Of a DNA stretch of 64,000 nt, positions 37,191-45,800 are shown piece after piece (the first letter of the stretch is position 1; each line of letters begins with the position of its first letter). A program made the position numbers and the translations under genes. This stretch comes from Actinomycetota bacterium (GTDB lineage Bacteria; Actinomycetota; Actinomycetes; Streptosporangiales; Streptosporangiaceae). The stretch spans positions 19,422-83,421 of the forward strand of contig DAHVAN010000335.1 of NCBI GenBank assembly GCA_027314595.1, written 5' to 3'. A model generated the notes under the pieces. It was given only the letters and a program-made list of their open reading frames with translations, made no database searches and had not been told where the DNA came from.

Positions 37191-38383
37191 TACCGGCCGC
37201 CGTCAGCTCGCGGGTCCGGCTCGTCGTCCTGGCCTGCCTCCAGGCCGCTGACGGCTGCCAGCCAGCGGAGCCGGTTGTTCGCGACTTTGTGACCTTCGCT
37301 GCGCAGTTTCTCGGCCAGCGCGATCTGGCTCAGGCGCGTGCCGGCGTGCCTGCTGTCGGCAACGATGCGCCTGGCCGCTGCGACGAGCTCGGTGTCACGG
37401 TCGCCGGGGTCCAGATCGTCCTGCTGGCTCGTTCCCGGTTCGGCCGCGGCAGCCGTGACGGCACGGGGCGGCGGGCCTCCGTCGAGGCTGGCGATATGCG
37501 TACTGCCGTCCCCGGCGGTCTCTGCGGAGGTTGCGTCCCGCGCGACAGGGTGCGCGGGTCCGGGTGCCGGTGCCGTGGCGGGCGTGGCGGAGATGAGGCT
37601 GGCGATGGCTGCGTGAGCAGCGTCGGCGGTGCCGTAGTCCAGCCGGGCGAGCGTTACCGTCTGGGTCATCACCTGGACCTGGCGGAGCACCGCGAAAGCG
37701 ATCAGCGGCTCGGTGAACCCGGCGCGGATCAGCGCGGCGTGGGCGCGGCGCTCGGCCCGCCGGATACGGCGCGCGGTGAGCTTGCCAGGGCCGGCTGGCC
37801 GCTGGTCAGCGCGGAGCAGCGTGCGGAGGTGATACAGCCGCCTGGCGGCGGCGTCGATCCGGACCCGGCTGGTGGCTTCCTCCGCCGATACCTGCTGGTC
37901 GCCGACCATGCAGAGCTGGATCCGGAAGCGCTCGGCCGGGCGCAGCCACCGCAGCGCGCCGAGCGTGCGGTCTGCCCGGTTCGCTGTGCGCTGCCGCATT
38001 TCCCGCAGGCAGAACTCGAACAGCAGCGCGGCGATCACGGGCATGAGCCCGAACGCCTCGGGCGCGGCCGGGCGGCGGGGGGCGTGCGTCCAGTTGAAGA
38101 AGCTGCTGGCGGCGACGAGGCCCCACACGGCCAGCCGGGGCGCCAGGCCGGGCTCGGCCCGCGCGGCCCGGCGCACCAGCAGCACTGCGCAGACTCCTGC
38201 CGCGCCATCCAGCGCGAAGAACAGCAGGTAAGGCCAGGGGCCGCGCAGTGCCATGTTCGAGCGGGCGAAACCGACCAGGCCCTGCGCGGAGATGCCGGCC
38301 GCCGTCGACGCGAACCCGCCGAGCAGCACGTACTGGGCAACAGATGCTGCTGTCTCCCGTGCGCGCGAGTGCTGGCCCGTCAC
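37190..38383 (-). CDS. DUF2637-like membrane protein with C-terminal HTH-like region
   Basis: Four N-terminal TM segments ('SFFNWTHA', 'MPVIAALLFE'); typical of actinobacterial mobile elements. Confidence 0.7.
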   Translation of the reverse strand: MTGQHSRARETAASVAQYVLLGGFASTAAGISAQGLVGFARSNMALRGPWPYLLFFALDGAAGVCAVLLVRRAARAEPGLAPRLAVWGLVAASSFFNWTHAPRRPAAPEAFGLMPVIAALLFEFCLREMRQRTANRADRTLGALRWLRPAERFRIQLCMVGDQQVSAEEATSRVRIDAAARRLYHLRTLLRADQRPAGPGKLTARRIRRAERRAHAALIRAGFTEPLIAFAVLRQVQVMTQTVTLARLDYGTADAAHAAIASLISATPATAPAPGPAHPVARDATSAETAGDGSTHIASLDGGPPPRAVTAAAAEPGTSQQDDLDPGDRDTELVAAARRIVADSRHAGTRLSQIALAEKLRSEGHKVANNRLRWLAAVSGLEAGQDDEPDPRADGGR

Positions 38384-38550
38384 GCGTCAGCCTCTCAGCA
38401 GGGCATACGCCCGGGGCATGTCCGGCGGCGGCTGCGCCGTGCAGATCCGCCGGGAGGGCCGGTGCCGTCCCGGGCTGCGCTGCCGGGCTTGCTTCCGTCG
38501 CGGGCCGCCGCAGCCGCGGGCGCTGCCGCCTGCCGTCACCATCCACCACC

Positions 38551-38632
38551 TTCAAGTTGACCGGTTCTGCTGCTGAGATCAACTCAGGTTGATTCCAATA
38601 TAGGTCCCCGAAACGCGGAACTGTCAACTTGA
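38551..38632. promoter_or_regulatory. Divergent promoter region with TCAAC-N4-GTTGA operator-like sites
   Basis: ATCAAC-TCAG-GTTGAT 38578-38593; TCAAGTTGAC 38552 and GTCAACTTGA 38623 are reverse complements. Confidence 0.6.
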
Positions 38633-38699
38633 GTACGAGACAAGGAGCGGCAGCGTTTGATATAAGATGATGTGTAGTGCGGTCCAGGGAGGTGCAGTG

Positions 38700-39173
38700 A
38701 TGCCGGGTGAGGCAGCGGGTAGCGCAGAGAGCACGCCCGTCCTGCACACGCTGGCGGACAAGGTGAACTGGCTGATCGACCAGGCGCACCCGGCCGGCCG
38801 GGGTCCTTACACCAACAACGAGGTGGCCGACCTGATCAAGAAGACCACTGGCGAGGAGATCTCGTACACCCAGATCTGGAAACTGCGCAACGGGCAGGCG
38901 CAGAATCCGCAGATGCGGCTGATCGAGGCGATGGCCAAGACCTTCGGCGTGCCGGCCGCCTTCTTCTTCCCGGAGTTCGATGAGAAGCAGGCCGGCCTGC
39001 TGCAACAGCAGGTGGAACTGCTGGCCATGATCCGTGACGCCGATATCGACGCCCTCGAACTCCGCACGATCCTCGGGCTGAGCCCGCAGGCCCGCAAGGC
39101 GATCACTGACCTCATCGCCGTGACCGTCGGCGAGGATGCCCGGCGCCGGGCCGGCCAGGATGAAGCTGACTGA
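38700..39173 (+). CDS. XRE-family (EspR-like) transcriptional regulator
   Basis: 'TLADKVNWL...GRGPYTNNEVA...ISYTQIWKLRNG..NP....IEAMAKTFGVPAAFF'. Confidence 0.82.
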   Translation: MPGEAAGSAESTPVLHTLADKVNWLIDQAHPAGRGPYTNNEVADLIKKTTGEEISYTQIWKLRNGQAQNPQMRLIEAMAKTFGVPAAFFFPEFDEKQAGLLQQQVELLAMIRDADIDALELRTILGLSPQARKAITDLIAVTVGEDARRRAGQDEAD

Positions 39174-39300
39174 ACCATCCGCCGCTAGGGCTCGTATACA
39201 TAGGTGACGGCGTAGCCGTCTCGCCCGCAGGGAAGCCCTGGAGTCCTGCTGCGGCTGCTATTCCCTGGTGGCGGGTCCACCGAGCGTGTTGAGGTGAGCA

Positions 39301-39816
39301 GTGCTTGGCGCAGGCGGGAAGGGACGGCATGCCGCTCTCGTCCGGGAGCTTGACATCCCGGCGCCCTTTGACCTCTGTGAGTTCGTGGCCGGCCTGGAAC
39401 GGCAGCGGCACCGGCCGATCCGGCTGTCCCCGTTCAGCTCAGGCCCCGGCGTTCCGTGCGGCCTGTGGATCGGCACCGCCGACGCCGACTACATCTATCA
39501 CGAGCAAGGGACGACGCCCTACCACCAGACACATATCGCCCTGCACGAGCTGGCGCACATGCTGCTGGACCACCGCGGCGCCACCCAGGTCTGGGAAAAA
39601 CTGGTCGGCCTGCTGGTACCCGATATCGATCCGCAGCTCGTCCAGCTGATCCTCGGCCGGAGCATGTACACCACGCAAGAGGAGCAGGACGCTGAGACGC
39701 TCGCCTCACTCATCCATGAGCAGTCCGGTGACCAGCCGCAGCCGCTGCCTCCTGCCGGGCCGCAGACGGGTGCTTTCGTCAAACGCCTCCAGCAGGCATG
39801 GGGCGGCGGAGAGTGA
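39301..39816 (+). CDS. ImmA/IrrE-like HExxH protein
   Basis: 'PCGLWI', 'HQTHIALHELAHM', 'EEQDAETLAS'. Confidence 0.78.
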   Translation: MLGAGGKGRHAALVRELDIPAPFDLCEFVAGLERQRHRPIRLSPFSSGPGVPCGLWIGTADADYIYHEQGTTPYHQTHIALHELAHMLLDHRGATQVWEKLVGLLVPDIDPQLVQLILGRSMYTTQEEQDAETLASLIHEQSGDQPQPLPPAGPQTGAFVKRLQQAWGGGE

Positions 39817-41016
39817 CCTGACGGTCAGCTCTGCTGATCTTCCGGCCGGTTCCGCCGCGCCGCCCGTCCTGCGATGCGCGCCACGACGGGCGAAGCACCG
39901 GAATGCACGGGCGACCAGGATCAGCCTGGCCGCCTCGGCGCGCAGGTCGTTATCCGGCAGCATGCTGCTGACCTTGCCGGGCGTCCCGCAGGGACGGGGC
40001 GGCTGCCCGTCGCGGTGGGCGGCCAGCGCGGTGACGATGACCGCCGCTTCGGCTACCGCGACCGCCTCGCCCGCGTCCAGCCCGGCACGGCGCGCGGCTG
40101 TCTCGGCGCAGCCGGGGACCTCCGGCGGCGAATACGCCCGCAGCGCCAGCTCCGCATCCCGGATCTCGATCACGCGCCGGTCCACGCGGTACCGGATATT
40201 CAGCCGCATCCCGGGCGGACGAGGCAGCGTGACCTCGGGGATAACCTGCCGCAGCGCGGCCCACAGCGGGCGCAGCCGCCAGTAGGCGGACCACAGCCAC
40301 GCCTGCCGCGCCAGGCGGGCCAGCGGCGGATACCAGGCGGAGGCCGTTGTCCCCGCGACGATCGAGATCACGGCCACTGCCTGAGCTGCCGCGATGGCCG
40401 TCGCCGCGCGCCCGGCTTCCTCGTCACCCTCGGCGTAGCTGCCGATCATGGCGGCCCTGGCCAGTATCAGGGCAAACTCAGCCGCTGCACCTGCCGCCAC
40501 TGCGCGCAGGCCCCAGCGGATATGCCAGACCCGCACCCGGCGGGAGAACCGCCACGCGATGACGGTGATCCGTCCCTCAGCCGGACAGCAGCACGCGCCC
40601 AGCAAGCCCTGGCTGGCCAGGGCGGGGATGCCCCACGCATCAGGAGCCGGGCCGACCGCCCAGGCCCGCGGCATCCCGGCCAGGATCAGTCCTCCGGCAG
40701 CGGCTGCCGCGAGCGGCACCGCCACCAGCGCGAGCGGGCGGGCGGTCTGGCCGGTGACGGCAGCGAGCACGCCCAGGAAGGTCCAGGTGGCCAGCAGCCC
40801 CAGTGACACCAGGAGCCACGCGATAAACGGGTGAGCGGGCCCGGCCCACATCAGCTCCGGCCAGACCGCGGCGATCCCCATCGTGGCGGCTGCGGATGCC
40901 ATGCACAGCAAAGACGCCACTACCAGGGCTGACCTGTCGCGCCGCAGCCGGGCCGCCGTGTACCCGGCCCACACCAGGGCCAGAACTGCAGCGGTCAAGT
41001 ACAGGCCGGTCATCAC
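39706..41016 (-). CDS. MAB_1171c-like multi-TM protein (DUF6545-type C-terminus)
   Basis: About 7 TM segments followed by 'YWRLRPLWAAL...RRVIEIRDA'. Confidence 0.75.
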   Translation of the reverse strand: MMTGLYLTAAVLALVWAGYTAARLRRDRSALVVASLLCMASAAATMGIAAVWPELMWAGPAHPFIAWLLVSLGLLATWTFLGVLAAVTGQTARPLALVAVPLAAAAAGGLILAGMPRAWAVGPAPDAWGIPALASQGLLGACCCPAEGRITVIAWRFSRRVRVWHIRWGLRAVAAGAAAEFALILARAAMIGSYAEGDEEAGRAATAIAAAQAVAVISIVAGTTASAWYPPLARLARQAWLWSAYWRLRPLWAALRQVIPEVTLPRPPGMRLNIRYRVDRRVIEIRDAELALRAYSPPEVPGCAETAARRAGLDAGEAVAVAEAAVIVTALAAHRDGQPPRPCGTPGKVSSMLPDNDLRAEAARLILVARAFRCFARRGAHRRTGGAAEPAGRSAELTVRSLSAAPCLLEAFDESTRLRPGRRQRLRLVTGLLMDE

Positions 41017-41287
41017 GTGCTGAACCCCCGAACAGGAATAGACCCCTTGATGTTGATATCGGGCAACTGGCGCACCGCGAGGTCGTGAGGCGTCGGCAGG
41101 CCGTGGCCCTCCTTATGGTCCGCTTTGCGGATATGCGCTTCACCTACGGGACCGGGCAGCGGTTCGGTTCGCTCGGAAACAGTTTTTCCCCGGGACGGAT
41201 GGCCCCGCATACTGAAAACAGGGGACGAAACCTGAATGAACGATCGGCAGCTGAATCACGCAGAACTCGGCGGAGGCGGGGTGAGCC

Positions 41288-41863
41288 GTGTCGTGGACCG
41301 ACAGCGGGGCACCCACCGGTCCTCATGAGATAAACCTGGTCGCCAGGATCGCCGCGCGCAACGACGACGATGCGGCACGAAGGCTCTACCGCAAGTACCG
41401 CATGGAGCTGTTCAGATTCGGCGTCCATGTGCTCAACGACCACGGGCTAGCCGAAGAGATGGTGCAAGAGACCTTCATCAAGTTCTGCCAGCGGGCCGGG
41501 AGCTATGACGCCGCCCGCGGCCCGGTGCGGGCCTGGCTGTTCACGATGGCCCGCTCGGCCGCCATCGACATAGCCCGGCGCCCCTCATCCCGGCCGTTGC
41601 TCCCGGTCGAGGACTTCCAGCTGCCACCCCAGTACGACACCGTCGACGAAGCCCTCACGGTCCTCACGGTGGACCAGGCCCTGGACAAGCTGCCCTCGAT
41701 CTACGGCGACGTGATGCGCCTGGTCCGGGATGACCTGACCCAGTCCGAGATCGCCGAGCGCCTGGGCATCCCGGTCGGCACCGTCAAGTCCCGGACGGCT
41801 AAGGCCGCCGACACGTTGCGGGCCGAGCTGGCCAGCCTGCGAGGGGGCGAGGATGCCTTCTGA
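41288..41863 (+). CDS. ECF sigma-70 factor (SigK-like)
   Basis: 'AEEMVQETF', 'WLFTMARSAAID', 'EIAERLGIPVGTVKSR'. Confidence 0.9.
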   Translation: MSWTDSGAPTGPHEINLVARIAARNDDDAARRLYRKYRMELFRFGVHVLNDHGLAEEMVQETFIKFCQRAGSYDAARGPVRAWLFTMARSAAIDIARRPSSRPLLPVEDFQLPPQYDTVDEALTVLTVDQALDKLPSIYGDVMRLVRDDLTQSEIAERLGIPVGTVKSRTAKAADTLRAELASLRGGEDAF

Positions 41864-42791
41864 GCGGGACATCGAGCTGGCCCATCCCGAGGCCTTCGAC
41901 TTCGTATTCGGCAACCTGCCCCAGGCCCAGCGGGCCGAGTTCAACCGCCATCTGGGCGGATGCCGCTACTGCCAGGTCGTCGTCGAGAAATACAGTGACA
42001 TCGGCCGGATCATCAGCAGCCTTCCGCCGCATGTCGAGCCGCCAGCGGGCCTCGAAGACCGGACGGTCGCCGCGATGGTTGCTGCCCTGGCCGACCAGCG
42101 CGCCACGACTGATCCCCGGACTGACGCCGAGGACCAGGCCGCCACCCGGGCCTACCCGGTGCCCGGGCGCCAGCCTCCGGCTGAGCCCGAGACCCGGGTC
42201 CAGCTGGTTCCCCCGCTCCGGGCTCCGGCCGAGGACGAGGCCCCGGTCCGCCAATCGCCCGCCGGCCGGCAAGCACCGACCGGGCCGGAGGCGCGGCCGG
42301 CAGTCACGCCCCTGCCGGTGTGGCGGCGCTACCCTCGCCGCCTGGCCGCCATAGCCGCCGTCGCCGCTGCCATCATCGCCGCAGCCATTGTTGTTCCGCT
42401 CGGCCTCGGCCGGGGACCGGCCGAGGTAACCGTGGTCATCCCGCTCCGTGCCACCGCTGCGGCCAAGGTCCTCGGCGTCGGCGACGCCACCGGGCGAGCA
42501 ACGGCCCGCCAGACTGGCGAAAGCTGGACCTTCGAGCTGACCGTGCACGGCCTCAAGCCACTTCCCGGCAACGACGTTTATGTGTGCTGGTGGGCCGCCC
42601 CCGGCAGCACCAGCCTCCACCCGCAGGTGACCACCGGCGGCTCGTTCGTCGTGGGCAGCTCCGGATCGGCCACCCTCACGATGACGACCGGAGTCGACCC
42701 CCGGCAGTTCCGCACGATGGAGATCACCGCCGAGCCGCCGGGCAGCGGCGCCTTGCACGGCGCCGTCCTTCTCACTGGCCAGGCGCTCTGA
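41853..42791 (+). CDS. Anti-sigma factor (HxxxCxxC, one TM, RskA-like C-terminus)
   Basis: 'HLGGCRYC', TM 'LAAIAAVAAAIIAAAIVV', 'EITAEPPG'. Confidence 0.82.
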   Translation: MPSERDIELAHPEAFDFVFGNLPQAQRAEFNRHLGGCRYCQVVVEKYSDIGRIISSLPPHVEPPAGLEDRTVAAMVAALADQRATTDPRTDAEDQAATRAYPVPGRQPPAEPETRVQLVPPLRAPAEDEAPVRQSPAGRQAPTGPEARPAVTPLPVWRRYPRRLAAIAAVAAAIIAAAIVVPLGLGRGPAEVTVVIPLRATAAAKVLGVGDATGRATARQTGESWTFELTVHGLKPLPGNDVYVCWWAAPGSTSLHPQVTTGGSFVVGSSGSATLTMTTGVDPRQFRTMEITAEPPGSGALHGAVLLTGQAL

Positions 42792-42890
42792 CCGCCGCCC
42801 GCCAGTATGAGCGCATTGCCGTGGCTGGTGGCCCGCCTGCAACTTCGTTGCTGGAGTTATCCCAGGTGCTGCCGCAGTCGCACGGCAGCT

Positions 42891-45800
42891 TTACAGGCTG
42901 GGTCGGGGACCCCGGGCGGGAAGTCCTGGCGGTCGGGGTGCGGGTGATCCGTCCGGTGCTGGTGCTGCCAGCGGGTTGGTTTCGGGGAAGTCGCGGCGCG
43001 CGGCTTCGACGGGTTCCTGCGACCGCCCGTGATGGGTGAGCACGACGACGGAGGAGCCGGGCATCATCCCGGCCATCGCCGCGGCGTCGTGCATGGCTGC
43101 GGCGGCTAGCCAGTCGGGGTCGTCCGGGTTCTGGAGCGTCCTGGCTGCCCAGTCCGCGTCCCGGCGCGGCGGTGCTGCTTCGTGCTTGAGCTTCTCGCCG
43201 ATCTCCCGGACTCGCTCGCGTGCGGCGGCGAGCTGGCTGGCCTGGGTGAAGGGCTTGTCCAGGTCGTCGCGGGCCCGGTCGGCTTCGGTGGTTAGCCGGT
43301 CGATGTCGGTGAGGGTCCGGGTCTTGAGGGATTCCAGGCCCGCGAGGCGGCCTTCGAGCCGGACGATGAGCTTGCCGGGGTCATGAGCCCGGATGTCGGC
43401 GGGTTCCATCCGCAGTTCGGCGCCGGGCGCGCCGTCGAGGGCGATGGTGACGCTGGCGGTGCCCAGGACACGTTCCGCGACGACGGTGACGTCGAAGCCT
43501 GCGAGCTGGCCTGGCCGCTCGCCGAGCTGCCTGTGACTGCTTTTCAGGAGCGCTTCGTGCAGTGCGGCGATGAGGTTCTTGAGCTGCTCGCCGGCGTCGT
43601 TCCGCTTGGTGAACCGGGCAGTGCCGAGGGTCATGGTGAACGCGTCCCCGCGGGTGTTGCGGCGGCGGCTGATCGCGGTGCCGATCTGGCCGGTGAGTGC
43701 CTCCAGTTCGGCGACGCGGCGGAGGTTCGCGGCGACTTTCTGGCGGAGCGCGTCGTGGTTGCGGAGCCAGGCACGTTCGGCGCGTTCCAGCCGGGTCAGC
43801 TCGGCGTCGGCTTCGGCCTTGTCCATGAGCAGCGGGTTCCCGGTGGCCAGGGCCTTGACCTCGCTGTAGGACAGGGCGGCGTCGCCGATGTCCTCGATCT
43901 CGCGGACGTCCAGGCGTCCCCGCATGACCTGGGCGATGAACCGGGCCTTGCGTTCGACGGTCTGCCACATGTAGCCGTCGAAGGAGCGTTCGGTAACGTA
44001 GCGGAGGATCTGGACTTCACCGTTGTGGTTGCCCTGGCGCAGGATGCGGCCCTCGCGCTGGGCGACGTCGGCGGGCCGCCACGGGCAGTCGAGATGGTGC
44101 AGGGCGATGGCGCGGAACTGGACGTTGGTCCCGACTCCCATTTTCTCGGTGCTGCCGATCAGGACGGCGACGGTCCCGGCGCGGCAGGCGGCGAACAGCT
44201 CGCCCTTGTCGCGGTCGGTTTTCGCGTCGTGCACGAACTTGATGGCGTCGCGGGGCATGCCGCGGGCGGTGAGCTGGTCGCGGAGTTCGTCGTAGACGTT
44301 CCAGTCGTCGCCGGGGGTGCCGATGTCGCAGAAGACCAGTTGCAGGCTGCCGCGGACGGGGGCGGCCTGCCCGTCCGGGCCGGGGTAGACGTCGTCGCGG
44401 TGGGCCTGCCACAGGTCCGCGATCCGCCCGGCTGCGGTGCCGATCTTGCCGGGGACGGTCATGGGCCGGCCCAGCAGCCGCAGGTCCAGGGCGGCCTTGC
44501 GGCCGTCCATGCAGACCTTGAGCATGTTGTCCTCTTCGGGCATCACCTCCCGCTTGCGGATCGCGTCGGCGCGGTCGCCGAGTTCTTCCATCACGTCGAG
44601 CTGGCCGTCGCTGGGCTGGCTGATGACGGTTTCCGGGGCGCGCTGGCCGTCGGCGGGCCGCCGGGCCAGGGCCGGGACGGGCAGCTTGAGGTCTTCGCCG
44701 GTCTTGATGTCGGCGGAGACGTGCCAGCGGCGGAGCATCTCCGGGACGTTGGTGAACCGGGCGAACCGGGTCTTCTGCCGGAAGCTGCTGCCGCCTTCGG
44801 GGGCCATCTCGATCTGGTCGACGGTTTCCCCGAAGGTGGCGGCCCAGGTGTCGAAGTCGGTGATCCCGGCGGATTCCAGCAGGTCAGGCCGCAGGTAGTG
44901 CTGCATGACGTACGCTTCGGTGATGCTGTTGGCAATCGGGGTCGCGGTGGCGAAGGTGACCACCCGCCTGCCGTTGCGCCCGGCCAGGTAGCTGATCTTC
45001 ATGTCCAGGTCAGAGGCCCGCATCGACCCGTCGATCGCGGCGTCGGGGATGTTGGACGGGGTGCGCAGGTTCTTGTAGCCGTGCGCTTCGTCGATGAACA
45101 GGTAATCGATGCCGGTGGCCTCGAAGGTGATGCCGGGGTCCTTGGCGGAGTCCAGCTTCTTCTTGATGCGTTCCTCGGCGCGCAGCAGGGCGCCTTGCAG
45201 GCGCTTGACGCTCATCCCGTCCCTTTCCCTGGATGCCTGGATGAAGTCCTTCATCCGGTCCACTTCGGCGCCCAGGTACTCGCGCTGGGCGTCCGCGCTC
45301 ATGGGGATCCGCTCGAACGCCGACCGGGACATGATGACGGCGTCCCAGTCGCCGGTGGCGCAGCGGGCGGTGAACTGGCGGCGTCGGCTGGCCTGGAGGT
45401 CTTCGCGTTGGGTGACCAGGACTTTGGCCTGGGGGTAGAGCTGGAGGAACTCGCGGCTGAACTGCTCCAGCATGTGGTTGGGGACCACGATGGCGGGCTT
45501 GTTGACCAGCTTGAGGCGGCGCAGTTCCATCGCGCCCATGGTCATCTCGGCGGTTTTCCCGGCGCCGACCTCGTGGAACAGCCCGACGGCGGGCTCGTGG
45601 ATGATCCGGGCGACGGCGGCGACCTGGTGCGGGCGGGGCTCGAAGCTGAGCGCCAGTCCGGGCAGCGACAGCGACGCGTCGTCGTAGGAGCGCAGGACGA
45701 CGTCGTTGAACAGCCGGTTGTAGACGGCGGCGAGTTTCCCGGCGCGGGCCGGGTCTTCCCAGGCCCAGTCGCGGAACCGCTCGGCCAGCTCGCCGGCTTT

